From Pseudomonadota bacterium (lineage in GTDB: Bacteria; UBA10199; 2-02-FULL-44-16; DYJF01), in contig JBDRBB010000001.1 of the NCBI GenBank assembly GCA_043823065.1, positions 1 to 64,000 of the forward strand: a stretch of 64,000 bases of DNA, read 5' to 3'. Shown here in pieces: positions 43,911 to 53,977 of this stretch. Both the position numbers and the translations under genes were made by a program. The number at the start of each line of letters is the position of its first letter. Within the stretch, counting starts at the first letter, position 1. The notes under the pieces are model-generated. The model did no database searches, was not told the DNA's origin, and saw nothing but the letters and a program-made list of their open reading frames with translations.

Positions 43911-45362
43911 ATGTCAATCTATCTTATTGTGGTTATTGCCTATCTAGTTCTTATGGTGGCTGTAAGTATTTGGCGCAGTTTAGGTGTTAAAGATCAGAAA
44001 GATTTTATGGTTGGTGGCCGCGAGGTCTCCACTTTTCTCATGGTTACCACTTTAGTGGCAACTTGGACTGGCGCAGGCAGCCTTATTGGCGGAGCTGGTT
44101 TGGCCTATAGGCAGGGTTTTTCTGAATTGTGGATGTCAGTTGGCGCCTGGGTAGCAATCTTAATTGTCTATAAACTTGCTGCCAGAGTACGCCATATCGC
44201 AGAATATACTTTGCCAGATATTTTGGAAGATCGTTATAATGCTGCAGCCAGAGTTTTAGGGTCTCTTGCACTGATCATTGGTTGTACAACCATTGTTGGC
44301 TATCAACTCAAGGGTGGTGGCATGGTTTTGGAAATGGTTGCTGGTATTCCCAGGGAAAAAGGTATTTTGATGATGGGTGTCGCGGTTATTGTTTTGACCT
44401 CTCTAGCTGGCATGAAATCCATTGTTTCTCTAGATTTGATGAATGGTTTGCTAATCATAGTTGCTTTGTTAGTAGCTCTGCCTATCATCTTTTTTGACGT
44501 TGGTGGTTTGCCAGCCATGAAAGCAGCACTTCCTGAAAGCCATTTTTCCTTATTAGGTGGACATAGTGCAATTTGGGCTGCTGCTGTTTTTCTTCCAGTC
44601 TTTTTCCTTTTGCTGGGCGAACCATCTATGTATCAAAAATTCTTTTCCACTAAAGATGAAAGATCAGCAAAAAAAGCTGTGATTGGTTGGATCATTGGTA
44701 TCATAATTGTGGATGTAATCATTTGTACCCTCGGAGTTTTAGGCCGAGTAAAATTTCCAGAACTAGGCGCTCAGGGTGAAGCAGAAAGAGTAATTTTTGA
44801 TTTAGCGCGCTTTGGTTTGCCTCAGTGGGCTGGTTGCCTATTACTGGCTGGTTCAATTGCCATTGTTTTTTCTACAGCAAACTCATTTTTATTAGCTCCA
44901 GCTACAAATTTAACCCATGATATTTTGCAGCGTTTTGTGTTTAAGAATGCCAGTCAAAAAACTATTGTTATTATTAATCGGCTGACAATTGTAGGTTTGG
45001 GCATCACTGCTTATGTCTTACTTACTTATTTCCGAAATGTTCTAACTATGGCTCTAACCGCCTATACCATGATTGGTGCTGGTTTAACCCCGGCAATTCT
45101 TGCTGCATTTTTTTGGAAGAGGGTAACTGTGGCAGGCGGTGTGGCGTCAATTGTTGGCGGAATTAGCGGCACTATTGCCACTAAAATAATTTTTGACCTT
45201 AAAGGAGTTCAGGACTTGTTTATGCAAAAATTTAACGTACCAGGTGCGGAGCTGGGCGAATATATAATTATTCCAGCATTCTTTTTAGCAGCAATCTTGC
45301 TGATTGTGGTTTCCTTGCTTGGTCAAAAACCAGCCCCAGAAAAATGGAAAAAATTCTTTTAA
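43911..45362 (+). CDS. Sodium:solute symporter
   Basis: DFMVGGR, ATWTGAGSLIG, many TMs. Confidence 0.92.
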   Translation: MSIYLIVVIAYLVLMVAVSIWRSLGVKDQKDFMVGGREVSTFLMVTTLVATWTGAGSLIGGAGLAYRQGFSELWMSVGAWVAILIVYKLAARVRHIAEYTLPDILEDRYNAAARVLGSLALIIGCTTIVGYQLKGGGMVLEMVAGIPREKGILMMGVAVIVLTSLAGMKSIVSLDLMNGLLIIVALLVALPIIFFDVGGLPAMKAALPESHFSLLGGHSAIWAAAVFLPVFFLLLGEPSMYQKFFSTKDERSAKKAVIGWIIGIIIVDVIICTLGVLGRVKFPELGAQGEAERVIFDLARFGLPQWAGCLLLAGSIAIVFSTANSFLLAPATNLTHDILQRFVFKNASQKTIVIINRLTIVGLGITAYVLLTYFRNVLTMALTAYTMIGAGLTPAILAAFFWKRVTVAGGVASIVGGISGTIATKIIFDLKGVQDLFMQKFNVPGAELGEYIIIPAFFLAAILLIVVSLLGQKPAPEKWKKFF

Positions 45363-46844
45363 TTATTTTTTGAGGCAAGGCTCGCGCGCGGCTTTAACTT
45401 CATCTAAGCGAGCACGAAAGGTTTTGTGAGGGGCATTTTTAACGAGCTCTGGATTGTTTTTTGCCTCTTCAGCAATAGCTAGCATGGCTTCACAAAAACT
45501 ATCTAGGAGCTGCTTATTTTCTGTTTCTGTTGGCTCAATCATCAGCGCTCCAGGCACAATTAATGGAAAGTAAACTGTAGGCGGATGAAAACCATAATCC
45601 ATTAGGCGTTTCGCAATATCCAAAGTTTTGATTCCATACTCGTTTTGAATTTTGTCAGAAAAAACGCATTCATGAAGCACATGATCGTTGTAAGGAAGAT
45701 GATAGGCATTTTTTAAGCGAGCTCTTATATAATTAGCATTAAGCACAGCTAATTCAGTTGCTCTTTGCAGACCAGCGCTGCCCAATTCTTTTAGATAAAC
45801 ATAGGCACGTACTAAAACACTAAAGTTGCCATAAAAAGATTTGATGCGGCCAATTGATTGAGAAGCAGTCTCAAGCTTAAAATTCCCTTTGTTGTCTTTC
45901 ACCACTATTGGATTAGGTAAAAAAGGTTCAAGTATTTTTTTAACTCCAACTGGGCCAGCACCAGGACCTCCGCCACCATGGGGAGTGCCAAAGGTTTTGT
46001 GCAGATTAAAATGCATTACATCACAACCAATTTCACCTAAACGGACATAACCCATAAGTGCATTTAGATTAGCGCCATCGCAATATACTAGGCCACCTTT
46101 GTCATGAACAATTTTGGCGATTTCTCCAAAATGTTTTTCAAAAACTCCCAGAGTATTGGGGTTGGTAATCATAATTGCCGCAACTTCTTCATCCATTACA
46201 GCAGCAACATGTTCTGGATCTAAAACCCCTTCTTCATTAGACTTAATTTGTACAACTTGATAACCGCAAAGTGCAGCAGAAGCCGGATTAGTGCCATGAG
46301 CGCTATCAGGTATAATTACTTTTTGGCGCGAATTTCCTTGAGAAGTATGGTAAGCACGAATCATCAACATGCCTGTTAGTTCACCGTGCGAACCTGCAGC
46401 AGGCCACAAAGTTACTGCATCCATGCCGCCAATATCAGCTAGCATAGTTTGTAAATCAAAAAGCAGTTCTAAATTGCCTTGAACCGAAGTTGCATCTTGA
46501 TAAGGATGGGTTTTAGTGAAACCGCAAAAGCTGGCCACTTGTGAGGCTACCTTTGGATTGTGTTTCATGGTACAGGAGCCTAAAGGATAAAACCCTAAGT
46601 CTTTGCTATAATTATAGGTAGAAAGTCTGGTAAAATGCCTGGTAACATCAACTTCAGATAACTCTGGCAGATTAGGCGCGCCTTCTCGCCATAGAGAAGC
46701 GCCCAAAATATTTTTAGCATCAATATTTGGTACGTCACCTTTACCAAAATCAAAGCCGACGCGGCCAGCCTGGCTTTGTTCAAATATAGTGGGTTCTTCT
46801 AAACCTAAATTGCAATTTGCATTTTTGTTTGAGTTGTCTTTCAT
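45363..46844 (-). CDS. gcvPB: Glycine dehydrogenase subunit 2
   Basis: YPLGSCTMK, NLHKTFGTPHGGGGPG, IEPTETE. Confidence 0.97.
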   Translation of the reverse strand: MKDNSNKNANCNLGLEEPTIFEQSQAGRVGFDFGKGDVPNIDAKNILGASLWREGAPNLPELSEVDVTRHFTRLSTYNYSKDLGFYPLGSCTMKHNPKVASQVASFCGFTKTHPYQDATSVQGNLELLFDLQTMLADIGGMDAVTLWPAAGSHGELTGMLMIRAYHTSQGNSRQKVIIPDSAHGTNPASAALCGYQVVQIKSNEEGVLDPEHVAAVMDEEVAAIMITNPNTLGVFEKHFGEIAKIVHDKGGLVYCDGANLNALMGYVRLGEIGCDVMHFNLHKTFGTPHGGGGPGAGPVGVKKILEPFLPNPIVVKDNKGNFKLETASQSIGRIKSFYGNFSVLVRAYVYLKELGSAGLQRATELAVLNANYIRARLKNAYHLPYNDHVLHECVFSDKIQNEYGIKTLDIAKRLMDYGFHPPTVYFPLIVPGALMIEPTETENKQLLDSFCEAMLAIAEEAKNNPELVKNAPHKTFRARLDEVKAAREPCLKK

Positions 46845-48190
46845 AATTTTCTTGCAAGTAAATCAATTTCCTCTTTAGTGTTCATTTCAGTTACGCAAAC
46901 AAGTAAGCAATTTGCTAAATTTTTGTGCCATCTTCCTAAGTCAACACCAGCAAAAATGTTATCCTTGGCCAGTTCAGCTACAACTTCATTAGCAGGACGA
47001 TTAAGTTCTAAAGTAAACTCATTAAATGTTGGGGAAGCGAATTTAAGCTTCACGTTTTTGTTTTTTGCCAAAACCTGTTTGGCATATTCAGCTTTGTTAA
47101 AATTGAGTTCAGCTAGTTGACGAAAACCAGTTTTGCCCAGAAGCGATAGATAAATAGCTGCTGTTGTGGCGCACCAAGCTTGGTTAGAGCAGATGTTGGA
47201 AGTGGCTTTTTCCCGCCTAATATGCTGTTCCCTGGTGGACATAGTTAGAACATATCCGCGTTTGCCATTTGTATCTGTGGTTTGGCCGCAAATTCTACCA
47301 GGCATATTGCGCACAAATTGTTCTTTAGCAGTAAAAATACCTAAAGTTGGTCCGCCAAAATTTAGGGGCAAACCAAAAGACAGACCTTCGCCAACCGCAA
47401 TGTCTGCATCCCAGCTCCCTGGTGGATTTAATAAACCCAAGGCTAAAGGTTCGCTAACTACAGCAATCAAAAGTCCGCCAGCTTTGTGCACCATATCTGC
47501 TACATCTTTGAAGTTTTCTATAGTGCCAAAAAAATTGGGATATTGAACAACCACAGCTGCCAAATCCTCATTTAATAAATCTTTTAGAGCTGCGCGGTTT
47601 AAACAACCATTGTTAGATGGGATGATTTTTATTGACTGGATTGCTTCGTCGCCATGCTCCTCGCAATGACAGCAGGTTGTTTTTACTACTTCAATATATT
47701 CAGGGTGCAAGTTATCAGGCAGACAAATAGTTTTTCTATTTCGGCCAACTCTTTTAGCCATTAAAACAGCTTCTGCAACAGAGGTGGCAGCATCATAATT
47801 AGAGGCGTTGCAGACATCCATTTCAAAGATGCGGCACATCAAAGATTGATATTCAAAAATAACCTGCAGCGTTCCCTGGCTTATTTCTGGCTGATAAGGG
47901 GTATAAGGAGTAACAAATTCAGAGCGGTTAGCAAGTTCCGTAACCGCTGCTGGAATATAATGTCGATAAGCACCAGCGCCTAAAAAGGAAACAGCCTGCG
48001 CAATATTTTTTTTGCTTAAGTTGTTTAAGTCGCGAATAAGCTCAGGTTCGCCTAAGCTTGGTCCTGTTTGCAAAAAAGTTTTGGTTCTAAGTTTAGTTGG
48101 AATGCAGGCAAAAAGATCTTCAATTTTGCCGGCTCCGATTGTGGCCAGCATTTCTTTGATTTCTTTATCAGTATGCGGAAAATAGCGCAT
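46841..48190 (-). CDS. gcvPA: Glycine dehydrogenase subunit 1
   Basis: YTPYQPEISQG, REQHIRREKATSNIC. Confidence 0.97.
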   Translation of the reverse strand: MRYFPHTDKEIKEMLATIGAGKIEDLFACIPTKLRTKTFLQTGPSLGEPELIRDLNNLSKKNIAQAVSFLGAGAYRHYIPAAVTELANRSEFVTPYTPYQPEISQGTLQVIFEYQSLMCRIFEMDVCNASNYDAATSVAEAVLMAKRVGRNRKTICLPDNLHPEYIEVVKTTCCHCEEHGDEAIQSIKIIPSNNGCLNRAALKDLLNEDLAAVVVQYPNFFGTIENFKDVADMVHKAGGLLIAVVSEPLALGLLNPPGSWDADIAVGEGLSFGLPLNFGGPTLGIFTAKEQFVRNMPGRICGQTTDTNGKRGYVLTMSTREQHIRREKATSNICSNQAWCATTAAIYLSLLGKTGFRQLAELNFNKAEYAKQVLAKNKNVKLKFASPTFNEFTLELNRPANEVVAELAKDNIFAGVDLGRWHKNLANCLLVCVTEMNTKEEIDLLARKL

Positions 48191-48193
48191 GCT

Positions 48194-48583
48194 TTAGCCA
48201 GCTTCCTCTGTCACATATTTTTTGTAAGTAGCAGGGCTCAAAAGTTTAGATACTTCATCACTATTAGATATTTCTAACTTGATCATCCAGCCTTCATCAT
48301 AAGGGGATTCATTGATGATTGCTGGGTTATCAGTCAGGCTATCATTAATATCAACAACTTTTCCAGAAAGAGGAGTTAAACAATCAGAAACAGATTTCAC
48401 AGATTCTACTACTCCAAAAGTTTCTTCTTTATGAAATTCATGCTCTTTGCCTGGCAGATCAACAAATACTATGTCGCCTAATTGTTCTTGGGCATAATCT
48501 GTGATGCCAATGGTGGCGACTTTGCCGTCTAGTAAAATCCACTCATGTTCTTTAGTGTATAAAAGGTTGTCAGGAATTTCCAT
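48194..48583 (-). CDS. gcvH: Glycine cleavage system H protein
   Basis: YTKEHEW, GITDYAQ, VESVKS lipoyl-lysine. Confidence 0.97.
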   Translation of the reverse strand: MEIPDNLLYTKEHEWILLDGKVATIGITDYAQEQLGDIVFVDLPGKEHEFHKEETFGVVESVKSVSDCLTPLSGKVVDINDSLTDNPAIINESPYDEGWMIKLEISNSDEVSKLLSPATYKKYVTEEAG

Positions 48584-48601
48584 TTTTCCTCCCCTAGTTG
48601 G

Positions 48602-49693
48602 TTATTGGTGCGAATAAAACGGTGTTTTAACCACTACTGCTTCTCTAAGAGCGCCTCTAATGTCAATCAAAATTTTATTTTCAAGTTTGGCCTGATCAAC
48701 TGGTACATAACCAATACCAATTGCCTCTTTTAGTGATGGCGACATAGTGCCGCTGGTTACTACGCCTACTTTTTGATCAGCAATAAAAATTGGGCAACCT
48801 TCCCGCGGAATGCCGCGCTCCAGCATTTTAAAACCAATTAATTTTCGAGAAAGACCTTGCTCTTTAATTTTCCGCAGAGCTTGCTTGCCTATAAAGTCAT
48901 TGGTCTTATCTAATTTGACAACCCAACCCAAGCCAGCTTCCAAAGGGTTAGTTTGATCTGTGATTTCGTGACCATAAAGACTATATTTCATTTCTAAACG
49001 TAAGGTATCACGCGCACCCAAGCCAACAGGCAAGACTCCTAGGGGTTTGCCTTTTTCTAAAATAGCTTGCCAGATAGCTGGTGCAGCTTCTGGCGCGCAA
49101 AAAATTTCATAACCTGGTTCGCCAGTATAACCAGTGCGTGCAATCACGCAGTTTGCTTGCCCAGCAATACTGTTTTGTGCAAAGTGAAAAGGAGGCAGGT
49201 TTTCAAGTTTGACATCTGTCAAAGTTTGCAAAACTTCTTTGGCTTTAGGCCCTTGAAAAGCTAGAAGCGCAAAATCATTGCCGCGATCAGTTATTAAGGC
49301 CTTAAATTTATTATTCTGCCTCACCCAATTAAAATCTTTTTGGGCATTTGAGGCATTGACCACCATGATAAATCTTTCAGGATCAAAGCAATAAACAATA
49401 ATATCATCAACTACAGTGCCTTGTTCATTTAACAAAATGGAATACTGAGCCTGGCCAGGTTTAAGCTTGGCCGCATCGTTTGTGGTTAAATAATTAACAG
49501 TTTCCAAAGCAGAAGGGCCGCTAAATTCAATTTCTCCCATGTGCGAGACATCAAACAGCCCGGCGCTAGTGCGCACTGCATTGTGTTCATTAATAATGCC
49601 TGAATATTGAATAGGCATCTGCCAGCCGGCAAAATCTGCCATTTTGGCGCCTAGTGTTTGATGTTCAGTATAAAGAGGGGTTTTTTTAGACAT
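48602..49693 (-). CDS. gcvT: Aminomethyltransferase
   Basis: KTPLY, FDVSHMG, RTGYTGE, GLGARDTLRLE; start at ATG 49693 with GGAG SD. Confidence 0.97.
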   Translation of the reverse strand: MSKKTPLYTEHQTLGAKMADFAGWQMPIQYSGIINEHNAVRTSAGLFDVSHMGEIEFSGPSALETVNYLTTNDAAKLKPGQAQYSILLNEQGTVVDDIIVYCFDPERFIMVVNASNAQKDFNWVRQNNKFKALITDRGNDFALLAFQGPKAKEVLQTLTDVKLENLPPFHFAQNSIAGQANCVIARTGYTGEPGYEIFCAPEAAPAIWQAILEKGKPLGVLPVGLGARDTLRLEMKYSLYGHEITDQTNPLEAGLGWVVKLDKTNDFIGKQALRKIKEQGLSRKLIGFKMLERGIPREGCPIFIADQKVGVVTSGTMSPSLKEAIGIGYVPVDQAKLENKILIDIRGALREAVVVKTPFYSHQ

Positions 49694-49814
49694 ATTTTTC
49701 TCCGTTAGGCATGCTTCGTACTTCACCAAAGCAAAGGTGTCAATAATCGACTGTTGACGATTTCTATAGTTTTGTCCATTGTTGTCATTGTGGGCAATGA
49801 CGATGGAGGATAAT

Positions 49815-50240
49815 TTGAAGAAAAAGATTACCAAACAATTTTTGAGCGACAAATATGACGAGCTTTATAAAAGGGCAGATGCGATTCATAAAAAATATAA
49901 TCCTTGTCAGGTAAAAAAACGCAAGGATGATTTAACTTGTGTAGCAGGCAGAGACGGGCACAGCTATTGCACAAATGATTTGCATGAAAGTTTTTCCTGT
50001 TGCGCTAATTGCCGCTATTTAGGCGAAGCAGGTTGTTCTGTGGAAGCTATCCGCTGTAAATTCTGGTTTTGCGGCTATTTGTATGAACACGATCTTTTAG
50101 ATCCAGAAGCAAAAAAAGAATTAGAAGCTATTGTTAATGAATGCTGGGAGTATGGTTTTTTCGTCTTTCGCGGCAATAAAGAGGACAACCTTTACGAAGC
50201 TTATTATAAATTTGGTTTATTGAGAACTTTGAGATTATAG
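49815..50240 (+). CDS. Hypothetical cysteine-rich protein
   Basis: GGAGGA SD before TTG 49815 (ATG 49797/49803 are alternatives); CC-x2-C-x7-C-x6-C-x4-C cluster. Confidence 0.7.
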   Translation: MKKKITKQFLSDKYDELYKRADAIHKKYNPCQVKKRKDDLTCVAGRDGHSYCTNDLHESFSCCANCRYLGEAGCSVEAIRCKFWFCGYLYEHDLLDPEAKKELEAIVNECWEYGFFVFRGNKEDNLYEAYYKFGLLRTLRL

Positions 50241-51083
50241 ATTCTGGTCCCTGGCAGCTTGCAAAGTGTTCTTAAGCAACAAAGCAATGGTCATGGGGCC
50301 CACACCTTTGGGCACCGGTGTAATTGCAGCCGCGTTTTTACAAGCAGCTTCAAAATCAACATCGCCTACTAATGTGCCGTCTTCTAAGCGGTTAATTCCA
50401 ACATCAATCACCACTGCTTCTTTTTTAATCCAATCTCCTTGGACAAATTTTGGCCTACCAATGGCAGCCACTACTAAATCTGCGCTGCGCACTACCTCTG
50501 GCAAGTTCTTGGTGCGCGAATGGCAAATAGTAACTGTGGCGTGTTTTTCCAAAAGCATTAGAGCCAAAGGTTTGCCTACAATGGTGCTGCGGCCAATGAC
50601 CACTGCTTGTTTGCCGCGCAAATCATATTTAATGGAATCCAGCATTTCCAAAATACCCAAAGGAGTGCAGGGTTTCAAGCAGGGCAGGCCAATTAATAAT
50701 TTCCCCATGTTTTCAGGATGAAAGCCATCCACATCTTTGGCTGGATTGATTGCTTCAATAATAGCTTGAGTGTCAATATGGCTGGGTAGAGGGAGTTGAA
50801 TCAAGATACCATGAATATTTTTATCCTGGTTAAGTTGATGAATGAGTTTTTCTAAACTGCTTTGCGGGGAAGTGGTAGCCAATTTATATTCAAAACTATT
50901 AATGCCTATTTTTTCGCAAGCCTTTTGTTTATTTTTTACATAAATCTTTGAAGCTGGATTGTCGCCAACTAAGATAACGGCCAAACCAGGATTAATACCT
51001 TTTTCTTTTAAGCTTGCTACTTCTCTGGCTAGTTTATTTTGAATTTCTAAGCCCAGGTTTTTGCCGTCAATAATTGTGGTCAT
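50235..51083 (-). CDS. folD: Methylenetetrahydrofolate dehydrogenase/cyclohydrolase
   Basis: YVKNK, KDVDGFHP, PCTP, TPVPKGVGPMT. Confidence 0.98.
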   Translation of the reverse strand: MTTIIDGKNLGLEIQNKLAREVASLKEKGINPGLAVILVGDNPASKIYVKNKQKACEKIGINSFEYKLATTSPQSSLEKLIHQLNQDKNIHGILIQLPLPSHIDTQAIIEAINPAKDVDGFHPENMGKLLIGLPCLKPCTPLGILEMLDSIKYDLRGKQAVVIGRSTIVGKPLALMLLEKHATVTICHSRTKNLPEVVRSADLVVAAIGRPKFVQGDWIKKEAVVIDVGINRLEDGTLVGDVDFEAACKNAAAITPVPKGVGPMTIALLLKNTLQAARDQNL

Positions 51084-51979
51084 GAAGTTGCCTGCACTTG
51101 ATTTCTGCCGCCTTCTTTAGCTGCGTATAAACATTGATCTGCAGCCTTGATTAAATCTTTAGGTTTTTTATATTTTTCTTTGTCCATGTTTGCCACACCC
51201 AGGCTTAGCGTGATTTTGATTTGCTTATCTTCAAAAGCCATGGGAGCTGTTTCAACTGCTTTGCGAATTCTTTCTGCCAAGCCCTTTGCTCCTTCTAAAT
51301 CAATTCCGCGTAAAATAATTGCAAATTCTTCGCCGCCGTAGCGTGCAGCAATATCTTCATGGCGAATGGTTTTTTTGATCAAGTCAGCAATATGACTTAA
51401 AGCAAGGTCGCCTGCCAAATGACCATAGGTGTCATTTACTTTTTTAAAAAAATCAATGTCGCACATGATTAAAGAAAGCGGCAAATTAGTGCGGCTAGCA
51501 TAACTAAATTCTTCATCAAACCTTTTGATAAAAGAATGTTTGCTAGCCAAGCTGGTTACTGCGTCAAAATTGGCCATTTGATAAAATTCTTCATGAAACA
51601 TTCTTTCACCAACATCGCCATAAGCGAACTTAATAACCACTGAAGCTGGAATCTGGATTTTATCACCATCTTCCAATTGATGAACTTTCACTCGTTTACC
51701 GTTTACATAGGTGCCATTGGTGCTGCCCAGGTCTTCCAAAATAGCGTTGCCATCAACTACTTTGATTTGAAAATGCTGGCGGGAAATACGGATATCCTTG
51801 ATTTGAATATCAACGCTGTCGTCACGGCCTATGACTGTTTGTTCTTGTTTTAAACACTGGAGCTTGCCTTGCAATGGCCCGGACATAAACAAAATAAAGG
51901 CTTCCCGGTCGCAGGGTTCCAGTTTTTCGATGGAAGTAATTACTGTCTTGTCAACAACATCATCTGGTTTTTTAGTCAT
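51080..51979 (-). CDS. FHA-GGDEF diguanylate cyclase (DgcB-like)
   Basis: FHA (IGRD, ISRQH, DLGSTNGT) plus GGEEF and RHED I-site; N-terminal DKTVI tail. Confidence 0.92.
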   Translation of the reverse strand: MTKKPDDVVDKTVITSIEKLEPCDREAFILFMSGPLQGKLQCLKQEQTVIGRDDSVDIQIKDIRISRQHFQIKVVDGNAILEDLGSTNGTYVNGKRVKVHQLEDGDKIQIPASVVIKFAYGDVGERMFHEEFYQMANFDAVTSLASKHSFIKRFDEEFSYASRTNLPLSLIMCDIDFFKKVNDTYGHLAGDLALSHIADLIKKTIRHEDIAARYGGEEFAIILRGIDLEGAKGLAERIRKAVETAPMAFEDKQIKITLSLGVANMDKEKYKKPKDLIKAADQCLYAAKEGGRNQVQATS

Positions 51980-52002
51980 GGTTTTTCAATTTAGAATAAA
52001 GT

Positions 52003-53877
52003 TTAATTTTTTTCAAGCTTCAAGTGCATCTCTTTTTTTTTGCCTGCTTCCAAACGAATTTCTGTAATGTAAGGAGCATAGCCATCTAGCCAGGCTTCTA
52101 AGTGATATACTTTAAGTGGCTCCAGATTATCCAAGTTTGCCGGAGATTGGCCAACTGGACTGCCATTTATAAGCACTAATGCTCCTGTGGGATCAGTATT
52201 TACCACTAATGAAGCATAATTTCGTTCTAACTGAACATCAAAATTCTGGCGAACATTGGATTGAGCTTCAATTTCTTGGTTCCAGAATTTATAGCCTTCT
52301 AGGTATAAACCTATACTGTATTTTTTATTTAGTTTAAGGTTGCTGATGGTTGTGGGTGTGCGCATGATACTTTCTTTGTCATCAATATAAATAACAGCAT
52401 TGGGCGGAACAGAAGTTAGATTCAAAATATATTTGGGCTGTTCTGTAGAGGTGAGAATAATACTGAAATTCTTAAATTCACCTGGATTTAAGTTTATAGT
52501 TCTGGTCTGGCTGGCATAGCCTGGCTTTTCAACTAGGATCACGTGTTCTTGTTGAGCAGAAATGTTTTTTATGGTCAAGGGCGAGCCAGATCCAACCAGT
52601 TTTTCATCTAAAAATACTCGGGCGTCAGTAGGCTCTGTTGTTAACAATACTTCACCCATTGCCGAGGTTGTTATAGAAGAAGTTGGTTCTTTTTGGGAAA
52701 AATAAATTAAACTGGATGTGGCTAGAACAATTAAGCCTAAAGCCCCTAGCATAAGCCGCACATGTTTTTTTATCCAGGATGTGGGGATAAATAATTTGTC
52801 AAGTTGGGTTTTATCTTTGTCTGCTTTATCTTGATCTGTATATTCAGCAGGAAGTTTGGTTAGGCCGGTATCTTCAAATTGACTGTCATCAGCCAGGGCA
52901 GAGGCAGTGCTTTCTATAATTTGCACTGGTGTTTTTAGGTCTTCTTGCTCATCAGCTTGTTCAATTTCAATCTTAAAAATCTCTTGCATAAAATCTGTAA
53001 TTTCAGAAGCCTTAAAATGGGAATAGTTGGCAGCCAGAAATTTTAATAAATCATCCCGCATATCAGCAGCCAAGGTATAGCGATGGCGACGATCTTTGGC
53101 TAAGGCTTTCATGACAATCCGGTCCAGTTCTTCTGGAATATTATCTTTTAAGCTGCTGGGAGGCTCAATTTTCGCTTGGCGAACATTGCGAATAGTTTGC
53201 CTATTGTCCTCAGTTTTGAATAACCTCTGGCCAGTTAAAAATTCATGAAAAATAACTCCTAAGGAAAAGATATCGCTGCGATGATCTATGGATTCGCCTC
53301 GTGCTTGCTCAGGTGACATATAGGCAAATTTGCCTTTTAATATTCCAGAATCTGTGGTGCCGGCTCTAACTGTACGCGCAATGCCAAAATCAATAATTTT
53401 AACTGTACCGGCATAAGTAACCATTAGGTTTTGGGGACTAATATCACGATGCACAATTTTTAAGCGGTGCATGTAATCAATTCCGCTGAGCACCTCACTC
53501 ATAAAATGGCATAAGGTGGGTATGGGGATGAGCTTGCCCATTTTCAGACAGCGTTTATGGATAACCGAAAGAGATTTGCCATCCACAAATTCCATGACAA
53601 TAAAGTAGTCATCGCCTGATTTGCCCAGATCATAGGTGTGGGCAATATTGCCATGAGAAAGGGTGACTGCGATTTTAGCTTCAGCAATGAGGCTATCTAT
53701 GAATTCTTTATCAGCTGCAATGTGCGGTAGAATTTTTTTAATGACCACAGTCTTTTTCAGACCATGTTCATCATAAGACAGCCCCTTATAGATTTTAGCC
53801 ATGCCGCCTTGGGCTAGTTCTTCAATTAGATAATATTGGCCAGCAGTCTGGGGTTGTTTTGATTTATCCGCACACAT
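52003..53877 (-). CDS. Membrane Ser/Thr protein kinase with periplasmic PEGA domains
   Basis: GGMA, HRDISPQN, DFG, YMSPEQ; one TM; three T/S-x-P-x-x-A-x-V/I-x-I/L-D/N PEGA repeats. Confidence 0.93.
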   Translation of the reverse strand: MCADKSKQPQTAGQYYLIEELAQGGMAKIYKGLSYDEHGLKKTVVIKKILPHIAADKEFIDSLIAEAKIAVTLSHGNIAHTYDLGKSGDDYFIVMEFVDGKSLSVIHKRCLKMGKLIPIPTLCHFMSEVLSGIDYMHRLKIVHRDISPQNLMVTYAGTVKIIDFGIARTVRAGTTDSGILKGKFAYMSPEQARGESIDHRSDIFSLGVIFHEFLTGQRLFKTEDNRQTIRNVRQAKIEPPSSLKDNIPEELDRIVMKALAKDRRHRYTLAADMRDDLLKFLAANYSHFKASEITDFMQEIFKIEIEQADEQEDLKTPVQIIESTASALADDSQFEDTGLTKLPAEYTDQDKADKDKTQLDKLFIPTSWIKKHVRLMLGALGLIVLATSSLIYFSQKEPTSSITTSAMGEVLLTTEPTDARVFLDEKLVGSGSPLTIKNISAQQEHVILVEKPGYASQTRTINLNPGEFKNFSIILTSTEQPKYILNLTSVPPNAVIYIDDKESIMRTPTTISNLKLNKKYSIGLYLEGYKFWNQEIEAQSNVRQNFDVQLERNYASLVVNTDPTGALVLINGSPVGQSPANLDNLEPLKVYHLEAWLDGYAPYITEIRLEAGKKKEMHLKLEKN

Positions 53878-53977
53878 ATTAACTTACTAATGTACTTATT
53901 TTTCCGCAGAACGCAAGCCACATCAACCAAGAGTAACATCCTTGTCAATACTTGCCCGATTTGCTAGAGTCCAGTTC

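Noticed and set aside
49694..49852. N-terminal extension of GcvT or a glycine riboswitch
   Set aside because: Homology and SD indicate a start at 49693; the region holds divergent promoters and is too short for a recognisable aptamer
50266..50721. Long antisense ORFs inside folD, gcvPA, purM, skp and others
   Set aside because: In-register shadows of conserved genes with no independent motifs
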